From: Bdellovibrionota bacterium
GTDB lineage: Bacteria > Bdellovibrionota_C > UBA2361 > CAKMMH01
Reading direction: 5' to 3'
Length of the DNA stretch: 64,000 nucleotides
NCBI GenBank assembly: GCA_050952645.1
Contig: JBMNLI010000012.1
Span: 1 to 64,000 of the forward strand
Within the stretch, counting starts at the first letter, position 1. Every line of letters starts with the position of its first letter. This document shows positions 53,744 through 63,744 of this stretch, piece after piece. The position numbers and the translations under genes are program-made. The notes beneath the pieces were generated by a model. It was not told where the DNA came from. It was given only the letters and a program-made list of their open reading frames with translations, and did not search any database.

Positions 53744-54661
53744 TTATTTTACAACCTCTTTAAAAATATTATCTAGAGAATTTTCCTTTGCGTAAATTTC
53801 AAAGATTGGAAGATTCATATTGCTAAGTAGTTTTGAGATTTTTTCTAAATCTGCATTACTAGTATTAGGCGTGTAAATTCTGCATTTGAAAAAATCTGGC
53901 GATTCGTCTAAGATTATAATCTCACGTTCTATTTTTATAGTTTTTGTAAGTTCTTTAAAAAACTTTTCGCTATAATGAGTTTTAATAATAATAGAGTCTG
54001 CCTTGGTTAAATTTTCTAGAGTTTCATCTTTTATAAGTTTTCCATTAGATATTATTAAGGCACGTTCGCATATCGCCTCTACCTCTTGCATAATGTGTGT
54101 CGAAAGGATAACGGTCGAGGTTTCGCTTAGTTTTTTAATAAGGCGTCTAGTTTCTTGAATTTGACTAGGGTCTAGTCCGTTAGTAGGTTCATCTAAGATA
54201 AGGATAGGGGGTTCTCCTAAGATTGCACTAGCAAGACCTACACGTTGTTTTAGCCCTTTAGAAAGGGTGTTTATCGGAGATAAAATTCTATCTTTTATAT
54301 TCGTGCTTTCTATAGCTTTTTTTAGGGCGTTATTTAGCTTATCCCCTACAAGCCCTTTTAGTTCTCCTAGAAATAATAGATATTCGATAACCGTGAAATC
54401 TTGGTATGTAGGGCAATTTTCAGGTAGGTATCCTATATACTTTTTAATCTCTTTAGGATCTTTTTTTATATTTATATCGTTAATAGTTATATTGCCGCTA
54501 CTAGGTTCGAGAATAGTAGTTAGCATTTTCATAATAGTAGTTTTGCCAGCTCCGTTATGCCCGAGAAGACCTACGATTTGTCCTTTTTTAATATTAAATG
54601 ATACGTTATCAACGGCTAGGAAATCGTCGTAATAACGACTTAAGTTTTCTACTTTTATCAT
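53744..54661 (-). CDS. GldA-like ABC transporter ATP-binding protein
   Basis: GHNGAGKTT, LSKGLKQRVGLA, LDEPTNGLDP, STHIM. Confidence 0.92.
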   Translation of the reverse strand: MIKVENLSRYYDDFLAVDNVSFNIKKGQIVGLLGHNGAGKTTIMKMLTTILEPSSGNITINDINIKKDPKEIKKYIGYLPENCPTYQDFTVIEYLLFLGELKGLVGDKLNNALKKAIESTNIKDRILSPINTLSKGLKQRVGLASAILGEPPILILDEPTNGLDPSQIQETRRLIKKLSETSTVILSTHIMQEVEAICERALIISNGKLIKDETLENLTKADSIIIKTHYSEKFFKELTKTIKIEREIIILDESPDFFKCRIYTPNTSNADLEKISKLLSNMNLPIFEIYAKENSLDNIFKEVVK

Positions 54662-55030
54662 ATATACAACCTTTTTTAAAATAAATAACTTCTTTTATTT
54701 TATGAAAATTTTATATTTGCGTCTAGTGGTATTAAATAAAGAATTTAGTTCTTTAAGGGGTAAAATAGCTAAAAAATTTATTTTTAAGGTTAAAATTTAC
54801 CTTTAAATGCAAAAAGAGCCTAAAAGAACTTTAAAAAGCAAAAAAAAAAAGAAAAGAAAAACAAAAAGAATATAAAAAGAATATAAAAAGAAAAGTTTTA
54901 AATTTCGATAAGTTAGCTAATAAGAGAAATTTTTAGCTTAAGATAAATTTTGTATTACCCGACATTTTATTTGTAAGTTAAATCTCTAGTAATATATTTT
55001 GCTACTTCTAGAGAGCTAATTGGAGAAAGT

Positions 55031-55495
55031 ATGAGTATGTATAATAAAAATGCCCATGAACAGTATAAGAATATTCAGGTAACGACGGTCGATAGGGGAA
55101 GATTGCTACTTATGATGTATGAGGGAGCTATAAAATTTTTAAAGCAATCTAAAGCGGGGATAGAAGAGAATGATATAGTTAAGTTTTGTAGATTTTTAAG
55201 CAAGGCTCAAGCTATTATAGCAGAGCTTATGAATACACTCGATTTTGAAAAAGGTGGAGATATAGCTAGGGATTTAGATAGGCTATATGATTTTATGTTA
55301 TTTTATTTAACTGAGGCTAATCTTTATAGGGATCCTAAAAGGATAGCGAAAGTAATATCGCTTATTGAAACTATTTATTCAGCTTATAAAGAGATTATAG
55401 AAAACAATAAATCGTCTAAAGTAGAAGAAAATTTTGATAATATAAACAATCCTAAAGTAGGCGAGGCGATTAAAAAAGTAGAGATATCGCTGTAA
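55031..55495 (+). CDS. fliS: flagellin export chaperone FliS
   Basis: LLLMMYEGAI, IIAELMNTLD, LDRLYDFM. Confidence 0.93.
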   Translation: MSMYNKNAHEQYKNIQVTTVDRGRLLLMMYEGAIKFLKQSKAGIEENDIVKFCRFLSKAQAIIAELMNTLDFEKGGDIARDLDRLYDFMLFYLTEANLYRDPKRIAKVISLIETIYSAYKEIIENNKSSKVEENFDNINNPKVGEAIKKVEISL

Positions 55496-55615
55496 GGAAA
55501 ATTAAGTGGAAATTTAAGTAGGTATTTAGCGTTTTTTTTTAAAGACGCTTTAAGAATATTCAACCTTCTTATGCAACCTAAAGAAACGGCGTTCGCTATG
55601 GAGTGCGTGTTTTTT

Positions 55616-55893
55616 TTAAGAGCCTAACATCTTAAGTTCTTCCCAAAAATCTGAAAGTGAAATCCCAGTAGGCTCATCAATAAAAATAACGTCGTCTAAA
55701 ACCACTTCAGTTATTAAAGTTTCGGGGATTTGCATCTTTAAAGAAGCGACGTTATAGAGCGTTTCTTTGATTTCTTTCCAACTCATTTGCGTTCCGTCAT
55801 CTCTAGTAAAGTCGCCACTTTCAACGACTGTTCCTCGATTTGATTGGACATTTCAATTCTATACATTTTTGGTTTTGTATTGTCTCTACACAT
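55616..55893 (-). CDS. small hypothetical protein (~90 aa) with one apparent frameshift; not in the ORF track
   Basis: AAGGAG RBS; MCRDNTKPKMYRIE... shifts into SNRGTVVESGDFTRDDG...FWEELKMLGS. Confidence 0.5.
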
Positions 55894-56459
55894 CCTTTTT
55901 CTCCTTACTGCGTTAAGGGTATGAAGATAGATAACCTTAAGTTTTCTATAATATCTTAACATTACAATTTACAATATTTAAGAGCAAAAGAAGAGAGTAA
56001 AAATTTTTTAGAACCTTTTTAACTCTATTTGCATCATACCTTATAAGAAATGCTAGAAAGGGCAGAAGATTTTTTTTAGGTTTTAGATTGGGTTTAATTT
56101 TTCTTTGGTTTTCCCTTAAGGAAATTTTGTAAGAAAGTGTTTTTCGTTTTTTTATCTTTTACATTAGGTTGTTTAAGGTTTTTACTTAAAGCATTTTTGG
56201 AAGTTTTCACTTAGGGTGGGAGCAGTAAAAGGCTATTTAAATATATAATTTAAATATATAAGTTAAATTATAGCTTAAAAATAGATAGATACCACTCTTT
56301 TAAAGAAAGTTCCTTAAATAGTCTTTTATTGCTCTCATCTTAAATTAAGGGTATGCGTCTTTTTGGCATTTCTTTCTTTTTCTTTTTTCTTTTTTTTATC
56401 TTCTTTTTAATTTTCTTTAAACCTTTTTTAAATCTTTTTTATATGATAGTTTAACTTAG

Positions 56460-57506
56460 ATGAAAAAGATTTTTTATATATTTTTAAGTTTTCTATTAGC
56501 TTTTCTTATTTTCGTTTTAGGTTTTCTTTTTTTTGGATATAGATACTTAAAGGTCGCTTACGAAAATAAAATATTAAATGTTTCTAAAGCCCAAATTACT
56601 CTTAGTAGAGGCGAGCCGCTTAAAAAATTCTCAAAAAAATTAAAGGATAACAATGTTATCGATAATGAACTTTTTTTCTACTTATGGGTAAGATTTTTTT
56701 CAGATTATTCAAAGTACCAATCTGGTCCCTATTTATTCGACGGCTATATAACTCCTAAAATTATCGATGAAATGATTACTAAAGGAAAAATTTATGAGCC
56801 TATAGTATTTAAAATTACCATTCCTGAAGGGTATAATTTTAGACAGATCTGCGAAAAAATAAATAGCCTCGATAATACTTACGAGTTTGACGATTGTTAT
56901 TCGTTGTTTAAAGATAAAAAGCTTTTAGAAAAATATAATATCGAAAGCCCGACGTTAGAGGGGTTCCTGTATCCTTTAACTTATAGTTTTACTGAAGTTC
57001 CAACGATAAGAGAAATTATACAAAAAATGCTAGATACTTTTTTTGAAAAACTTCCTAAGGATTATATAGAAAATATTTCTAAATTAAATCTATCTTTAAA
57101 AGATGCCGTAACTTTTGCATCTTTAATCGAGCTAGAAAGTGCAGACCCTAAAGAAAGAGAAATAATTTCAGGCGTTATCTGGAATAGACTTAATGCTAAA
57201 ATGCCACTAGGAATAGATGCATCGCTTATTTATGGTATAAAAGATTATAAGGGAAACATTAGTAGTAAAGATTTAAAGGATTCTAAAAATAAGTTTAATA
57301 CTCGTATGTTTTTAGGACTTCCTCCTACACCTATCGCATCACCGTCTTTAGAATCTCTGCTAGCCGTGATTTCCCCGAAAGAACATAAGTTTTATTATTA
57401 CGTTTTAAATTATGAAAATAAAAATGAGCATATATTTTCTAGAAATCTAAGAGAACATAATATTCACGTTAGAAATCTAGTTAAATCTTATAAAAAAAGA
57501 AAATAA
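56460..57506 (+). CDS. mltG: endolytic transglycosylase MltG
   Basis: TIPEG, LEGFLYP, ASLIELE, WNRL, GLPPTPI. Confidence 0.92.
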   Translation: MKKIFYIFLSFLLAFLIFVLGFLFFGYRYLKVAYENKILNVSKAQITLSRGEPLKKFSKKLKDNNVIDNELFFYLWVRFFSDYSKYQSGPYLFDGYITPKIIDEMITKGKIYEPIVFKITIPEGYNFRQICEKINSLDNTYEFDDCYSLFKDKKLLEKYNIESPTLEGFLYPLTYSFTEVPTIREIIQKMLDTFFEKLPKDYIENISKLNLSLKDAVTFASLIELESADPKEREIISGVIWNRLNAKMPLGIDASLIYGIKDYKGNISSKDLKDSKNKFNTRMFLGLPPTPIASPSLESLLAVISPKEHKFYYYVLNYENKNEHIFSRNLREHNIHVRNLVKSYKKRK

Positions 57507-57761
57507 AACCTTTTTAGAAATTTATAATCTAAAATAAATAATAAGTATTAAATTAAGTATTAAATATTGATGACTTTTTTTTAAAATTCGTTATAGTCTA
57601 AGTTGTAATTTATGTTATAGTTTGAGTTGTATTCTTTATAGTATAAATTATTTATAGTGCAAAATTTATAGCACAAAATTTATATTGCAAAATTTTTATA
57701 ATACAAGTTTTATTTTTATAGTGCGAAATAGTGTGAAGTTTTTTTTAGGTAAATTTAAGTA

Positions 57762-59849
57762 ATGGTTAAAAAAAATAATTTTAAACAAGGTAGCGAAAAG
57801 TTGCTGTTAAGTATAAAGGAAGAAGTACCACTAATCGTTTTTCAAGATTCCTACCTAGCACCATACTCGAGTTATTTTAATGATATCAAAAAACTAGTAG
57901 ATGATACGAGAAAGAGACTAACCGAGGACAAGTGTTCACTGTGGGATTTTGCTACTGCACATAAATTTTTTGGTCTACACTTAGAAGAACACCTAGAAAA
58001 AGAAGAGTGGATATTAAGAGAGTGCGCCCCGAACGCTACTAATGTTTATTTAATTGGCGATTTTTCAAATTGGAAGCCGTGCGAAAAATACGAGTTTACT
58101 CGAACTAGTTCGGGTATTTGGGAAATAAAATTACCAAAAGAAACTTTAAGACATCACGATTTATATAAGTTATATATAAAATGGCAAGGAGACGAGGGAG
58201 AACGCATCCCATCTTACTGTCAAAGAGTAGTGCAAGATGAATGCACGAAACAATTTTTAGCACAAGTCTGGGAGCCTGAAAAACGATACGTATGGCGAAA
58301 TGAAAATTTTGTTTTTGATAGTGATGAACCACTTCTTATTTATGAATGCCATATAGGTATGGCTAAGGAAGAGCCTCAAGTTGGAACTTATGTAGAGTTT
58401 GAAAAAAATATTTTACCTAGGATAAAAGATGCTGGTTATAATGCTGTGCAAATAATGGCGATACAAGAACACCCTTATTACGGCTCTTTTGGATACCAAG
58501 TTTCTAGCTTTTTTGCTCCATCGTCTCGCTTTGGAACTCCCGAAGAGCTTAAGTCTTTAATCGATAAGGCGCACGATCTGGGACTTAGAGTTTTTTTAGA
58601 TATAGTCCATAGCCATGCTGTTAAAAATGAAGTGGAGGGAATTTCTAAGTTCGATGGCACGCATACTCTATTTTTTCATGATGGGGATAGAGGGGAGCAT
58701 CCGCTCTGGGATTCTAGATTGTTTAATTATTCAAAGACTGAGGTTTTAAGATTTTTACTTTCAAACGTTAGATATTGGCTAGAAGATTATAAGTTTGATG
58801 GCTTTAGGTTTGATGGCGTAACTAGTATGTTATATAAAAACCATGGCATAGGAACCTCGTTTATGAGTTATAATGATTACTTTTGTGATAATTTAGATAA
58901 AGAGGCGCTAGCTTATTTAACGCTTGCAAATGAGGTCGTTCATGAGGGAAACCCTAATGCGATAACTATCGCTGAAGATGTAAGCGGTTTTCCAGGGCTT
59001 GCATGTAGTGAAGAAAAAGGCGGCAATGGCTTTGATTATAGACTAGCTATGGGGATTGCCGATTTTTGGATAAAAATATTAAAAGAAAAAAAAGATGAAG
59101 AGTGGCACGTTGAGGGAATCTTATGGGAGCTTACTAATAGAAGAAATGATGAGAAAACTATTTCTTACGCAGAGAGTCACGACCAAGCACTAGTAGGAGA
59201 TCAAACTATTATTTTTAGATTACTAGGGACGTTAATTTACGATAGTATGAGGACAGAGCAAAAAAACTTTCTAGTAGATAGGGGGCTTTCGCTTCATAGG
59301 CTTATAAAGTTTATCACGATTTCCACCGCAGGGGACGGATACCTTAATTTTATGGGAAATGAGTTTGGGCATCCAGAGTGGATAGATTTTCCACGAGAGG
59401 GGAATAACTGGTCTTATCATTATGCAAGGAGACAGTGGAGTTTAAGAGATAATAAGGACTTGCAGTTTAATAAGATGGCGAATTTTGATAAGGCTATGAT
59501 AAATTTCTTTAAAAAGTATAATATAATAAAAGGTTATAATTACGTAGAGAAAGTTTTTAGCCACGTAGATGATCAAGTTTTATGTTATAAGAGAGCGGGT
59601 TTGTACTTCTTATTTAATTTTAATCCTGAAAAGTCGTTTGTCGATTATAAGATAACTGGCGTTGAGAGCGGAACGTATGTGCTAGTTTTTGAAACCGACG
59701 GTGGAGAGTTCGGTGGAAACGATAGAATAAATAAATCTCAAGAATTTTTGACAAATAATAAAAAAATTGGTAAAAATCGTTATGAAACTTATTTTAAAGT
59801 ATATCTTCCGACTAGAAGTTGCATAGTTTTAGAGCTTCTTAAAGAATAA
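57762..59849 (+). CDS. glgB: 1,4-alpha-glucan branching enzyme (GH13_8-type)
   Basis: IYECHIG, EHPYYGSFGYQV, FDGFRFDGVTSM, AESHDQ, FMGNEFGHPEW. Confidence 0.93.
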   Translation: MVKKNNFKQGSEKLLLSIKEEVPLIVFQDSYLAPYSSYFNDIKKLVDDTRKRLTEDKCSLWDFATAHKFFGLHLEEHLEKEEWILRECAPNATNVYLIGDFSNWKPCEKYEFTRTSSGIWEIKLPKETLRHHDLYKLYIKWQGDEGERIPSYCQRVVQDECTKQFLAQVWEPEKRYVWRNENFVFDSDEPLLIYECHIGMAKEEPQVGTYVEFEKNILPRIKDAGYNAVQIMAIQEHPYYGSFGYQVSSFFAPSSRFGTPEELKSLIDKAHDLGLRVFLDIVHSHAVKNEVEGISKFDGTHTLFFHDGDRGEHPLWDSRLFNYSKTEVLRFLLSNVRYWLEDYKFDGFRFDGVTSMLYKNHGIGTSFMSYNDYFCDNLDKEALAYLTLANEVVHEGNPNAITIAEDVSGFPGLACSEEKGGNGFDYRLAMGIADFWIKILKEKKDEEWHVEGILWELTNRRNDEKTISYAESHDQALVGDQTIIFRLLGTLIYDSMRTEQKNFLVDRGLSLHRLIKFITISTAGDGYLNFMGNEFGHPEWIDFPREGNNWSYHYARRQWSLRDNKDLQFNKMANFDKAMINFFKKYNIIKGYNYVEKVFSHVDDQVLCYKRAGLYFLFNFNPEKSFVDYKITGVESGTYVLVFETDGGEFGGNDRINKSQEFLTNNKKIGKNRYETYFKVYLPTRSCIVLELLKE

Positions 59850-59914
59850 ATTTTTTAAGAATAAATTTCATCAAATTAAATAATTCTTAATTTTAAATAT
59901 ATTTAAAGCGGTAA

Positions 59915-60073
59915 ATGATCGACAAAGAGACAATTTTTGAAAAAAAAGGTAAGACTGAAGAGGAGCGACATTTCCAAGAAGAACAAAGAAGGCTTCTAGA
60001 AAAACTTCTTAGTAAAAAGAGAGAAGAAGCAAAGGAAGAATCAAAAGTAGAAGCGAAAAAAGAGAAAGAATAA
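59915..60073 (+). CDS. 52-aa charged helical peptide, IF1/zeta-inhibitor-like; not in the ORF track
   Basis: MIDKETIFEKKGKTEEERHFQEEQRRLLEKLLSKKREEAKEESKVEAKKEKE. Confidence 0.6.
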   Translation: MIDKETIFEKKGKTEEERHFQEEQRRLLEKLLSKKREEAKEESKVEAKKEKE

Positions 60074-60273
60074 AGCCGATAAAAATTTATTTTTGAAAAT
60101 CTTTACTAAAAATCAAAAAAACTTTACTCAATCACTTGAGATAATTTCAAAAAAATGTATTATATATAAGTCTTTGTAGTAAATTTTAATAAATTTTATA
60201 GTGAAATTTTACCAATTATATATTTTGTTATATATTTGATATTAGTTTTTCTAAAGATTAAAGGAGTTTAAAA

Positions 60274-60390
60274 GTGAAAGTTCGAGCATCAGTGAAACCT
60301 ATATGTAGTGCTTGCAAGGTAATTCGTAGAAAGGGAAAAGTTATGGTTATTTGTAGCAAATCCCCTAAGCACAAACAACGCCAAGGCTAA
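60274..60390 (+). CDS. rpmJ: 50S ribosomal protein L36 (Zn-binding form)
   Basis: GTG start after [44 protein letters not shown]. Confidence 0.96.
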   Translation: MKVRASVKPICSACKVIRRKGKVMVICSKSPKHKQRQG

Positions 60391-60544
60391 TTTAAATTTT
60401 TTTAAATTTAAATTTTTAAAGTTTAATTTTTTAAAAGCATTGTGAGTTAGAGTTATAAATAAAAACGAAATAAGAGATTTAAGTAATTTTTTAAAATAGA
60501 TATTTAAAAATATTTTTATATAAAATTTTTAGGAGTTAATAGAT

Positions 60545-60928
60545 ATGCCACGTATAGCAGGTGTAGATTTACCAAAGAATAAAAGAATAGTAGTAGGCTT
60601 AACGTATATTTATGGTATAGGTTTATCGAGTTCAAAAAAGATCCTTACGAAAGCGGGAATCGATTTTAATATTAGAACTGATGATTTAACTGGTGATGAT
60701 GTAGCTAAGATTAGAAGCATTATTGAAAAAGAAATGAAGGTAGAGGGAGACTTAAGAAGAGATACCCAAATGTCTATTAAGAGACTTATGGATTTAGGCT
60801 CTTACGTTGGACTTCGTCATCGTAGGGGGCTACCTTGTAGAGGGCAAAGAACTAAAACTAATGCTAGGACTCGCAAAGGGCCTAAACGTGGGCCTATTAC
60901 AGGAAAGAAAAAAGCTACTAAGAAGTAA
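60545..60928 (+). CDS. rpsM: 30S ribosomal protein S13
   Basis: RIAGVDLP...[14 protein letters not shown]. Confidence 0.98.
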   Translation: MPRIAGVDLPKNKRIVVGLTYIYGIGLSSSKKILTKAGIDFNIRTDDLTGDDVAKIRSIIEKEMKVEGDLRRDTQMSIKRLMDLGSYVGLRHRRGLPCRGQRTKTNARTRKGPKRGPITGKKKATKK

Positions 60929-60969
60929 GTAAGCTTAAGAAATAATGCTTAAGAAATAATATAGCAAAT

Positions 60970-61002
60970 AGCGAAATGAGTTTTGAAGCTCGTTTCGCTT
61001 TG
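60970..61002 (+). terminator. hairpin / possible terminator after rpsM
   Basis: AGCGAAATGAG / CTCGTTTCGCT stem with a short T-tail. Confidence 0.55.
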
Positions 61003-61506
61003 GTTAAAAAATTAAAGGGTTAAAATTAAAGGGTTAGATTATTAGGTTAGTAAGAGTTAAGTTAATTTGATTTTTTATGTTTAGTTATTTAATTTATTTA
61101 GTTATTTAATTTAATAGTGTTAGTGTAAGTTAGATTAAATAGTTAAACAGAAAAGTTAAACAGAAAAGTTAAACGATATGTTGATATACGTAAATATAAT
61201 ATAAAAATTTAATTTTAATTATATACGTGTGTAGTATTGAGTTATTTATGTATCACAATAACTTTGCATTATTTATTTATTTAATATTTATTTTAATGAT
61301 TAGTTTTAATGTAAAGTTTCTTAAAGTAGTTTCATATGATATTTGTAGCTCAATTTTTTTAATTATTAAAATATAATATATAAGTTAAATTTTAGAGTGT
61401 ATTTTGCTAATTTTAAAGTTTAGAAGATATAGTAAAAAAATATAGTAAAAAATATAGTAAAAAATTTAACAAAATATTTAGCATTGAGTAAAAAGGAGTA
61501 TTTTAA

Positions 61507-61893
61507 GTGGCAGAAGCACGCACAAAAAAGAAAAAAGTGAAAAAAAATGTTCCTGTGGGAATAGTTCATATACAAGCTTCATTTAACAATACGCTTGTTA
61601 CGGTAACGGATCCTAGTGGGGATGTTATTAGTTGGTCTAGTTCTGGATGCAATGGTTTTAAAGGAACGAGAAAATCTACGCCGTTTGCTGCACAAGTGAC
61701 TGCAGAGCAAGCGGTTAAGAAAGCTAAAGAGATGGGAGTTCGCACCATTAGTATTTTAGTTAAAGGGCCAGGAGCAGGTAGAGAGTCTGCGCTAAGAGCT
61801 ATATCGGGTTGTGGCGTTACGGTTACGTCTATAAAGGATATAACGCCAGTTCCTCATAATGGATGTCGTCCTCGTAAGAGTAGGCGAGTGTAG
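61507..61893 (+). CDS. rpsK: 30S ribosomal protein S11
   Basis: [21 protein letters not shown]. Confidence 0.98.
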   Translation: MAEARTKKKKVKKNVPVGIVHIQASFNNTLVTVTDPSGDVISWSSSGCNGFKGTRKSTPFAAQVTAEQAVKKAKEMGVRTISILVKGPGAGRESALRAISGCGVTVTSIKDITPVPHNGCRPRKSRRV

Positions 61894-61922
61894 TATTTTT
61901 ATATATGATAAAGGTATTGTAA

Positions 61923-62549
61923 ATGGCAAGATATACAGATGCAAAATGTAAATTATGTAGAAGAGAGGGCGAAAAGCTTTTTCTTAAAGGTGAGCGTTGT
62001 TATACGAATAAATGTTCGCTAGAAAGGAGAGATGGAGTTCCAGGGCAACATGGTAAAAGAAGACAATCTTTTTCAGAATATAAGCTTCAATTAAGAGCTA
62101 AGCAAAAGGTTCGTCGTATTTATGGTGTTTTAGAAAAACAATTTAGAAAATATTATAAAAAGGCTGCTAGTGCAAAGGGCGTAACGGGAACGGAAATGCT
62201 TATTTCATTAGAGCGTCGTTTAGATAATATAGTTTATAAGATGGGATTTGGCTTATCTAGGGCTCATGCTAGACAATTAGTAAGCCACGGTCTTATTTTA
62301 GTCAATGGAAAAAAAGTTAATATTCCATCGTATCAAGTTTCAGTTGGTGATACTGTTGAGGTTTTACCTAAAAGCAAATCAAATGCAGATATCCAGTCGG
62401 CAATGTCGTTTGCACAAAGTCGTGTAATTCCTGAGTGGCTATCTCTTGATAAAGATAATGTCAAAGGTGTTGTTAATGCTTTGCCAGTGCGTGAAAACTT
62501 ACCTTCAACTATAAACGAACAACTTATTGTTGAATTGTATTCACGATAA
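61923..62549 (+). CDS. rpsD: 30S ribosomal protein S4
   Basis: MARYT..CKLCRREG, LERRLDN, IVELYSR. Confidence 0.98.
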   Translation: MARYTDAKCKLCRREGEKLFLKGERCYTNKCSLERRDGVPGQHGKRRQSFSEYKLQLRAKQKVRRIYGVLEKQFRKYYKKAASAKGVTGTEMLISLERRLDNIVYKMGFGLSRAHARQLVSHGLILVNGKKVNIPSYQVSVGDTVEVLPKSKSNADIQSAMSFAQSRVIPEWLSLDKDNVKGVVNALPVRENLPSTINEQLIVELYSR

Positions 62550-62586
62550 TTTTTTTAACTACTTAACTAAATAAAAGAGGGTGTTA

Positions 62587-63603
62587 ATGAAACGTATAAA
62601 TCTTATGGATTTGATTACTCCAAAAAGAGTAGAGGTTACTAATGAAATTGAGGATAAACAATTTGGAAAGTTTGTTGCAGAGCCATTAGAAAGAGGCTTT
62701 GGCATAACACTTGGCAACGCTTTAAGGCGTGTTATGCTATCAACCTTAGAGGGAGCTGCGATAACTTCCGTAAAAATTGATGGCATAAGCCATGAATTTT
62801 CGACGATCCAAGGCGTAGTCGAAGATGTTACCGACATTGTCCTAAATTTAAAAGAAGTTGTTTTGACCATAGATGGAAAAAACGAGGCTCAACTTTCGTT
62901 AGACGTGCAGGGACCTTGTGATTTAGTAGCAGGAATGTTTACGGGCGATAGCGCTGTTACTATCATTAATCCAGAATTAAAGATAGCAACTTTAGGTGAA
63001 GGAGCTCGTGTTAAAATTGATATTTCAGTTAAAAAGGGGCGTGGTTATGTTCCTGCTGAGAATAACAAAATAGAAGGTGCCCCAGTTGATACGATTTTTA
63101 TCGATTCAATTTATTCACCTGTAAGAAAAGTTAATACTATAATAACTAATGCTCGTGTAGGTCAAAAAACAGACTATGATAAATTAACACTAGAGGTTTG
63201 GACCGATGGTAGCATCGACCCTAGATGTGCAGTAGCAGAGGCAGCTTATATACTAGTAGAACAGTTTAATCTTTTCGTTGGTGAGAATCTAATAGTTGAA
63301 GAAAAACCTGAGATAGTAGAAGCTCCTAAAGCTAAGTTCAATGAAAACTTATTTAAGAGAATCGATGAAATTGAGCTAAGTGTTAGAAGTGCAAACTGTT
63401 TAGAGAATGCAGATATTAAATATATCGGTGAGCTAGTAACTCGCACTGAGAGCGATATGCTTAGAACTAAGAATTTTGGTAGAAAATCTTTAAACGAGGT
63501 TAAAGAGATTCTTGCTGAAATGGGTTTAAAGTTAGATATGAAATTAGATGGATTTCCTACTAGAGAAGAGCTAAATAATATGAGAAATCCAGTAGGGAAA
63601 TAG
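62587..63603 (+). CDS. rpoA: RNA polymerase alpha subunit
   Basis: EPLERGFGITLGNALRR, LSVRSANCL, NFGRKSL. Confidence 0.98.
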   Translation: MKRINLMDLITPKRVEVTNEIEDKQFGKFVAEPLERGFGITLGNALRRVMLSTLEGAAITSVKIDGISHEFSTIQGVVEDVTDIVLNLKEVVLTIDGKNEAQLSLDVQGPCDLVAGMFTGDSAVTIINPELKIATLGEGARVKIDISVKKGRGYVPAENNKIEGAPVDTIFIDSIYSPVRKVNTIITNARVGQKTDYDKLTLEVWTDGSIDPRCAVAEAAYILVEQFNLFVGENLIVEEKPEIVEAPKAKFNENLFKRIDEIELSVRSANCLENADIKYIGELVTRTESDMLRTKNFGRKSLNEVKEILAEMGLKLDMKLDGFPTREELNNMRNPVGK

Positions 63604-63744
63604 TAATATAATAATTTAAAAGATATATATATATTTAAGTGTCTTAAAAAGTTTTTTGCGTTTTATAAACTTGACTTAAGAGCTTACTTTTATAATATTT
63701 TTGTGATATTTTTTTTGATATTTTGTGATGTAGGAAAAGTTAAA

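Noticed and set aside
53312..54632. Plus-strand ORFs opposite the ABC genes, and similar short antisense ORFs throughout the window
   Set aside because: They lie wholly antisense to well-supported genes and show no RBS or recognisable motifs.
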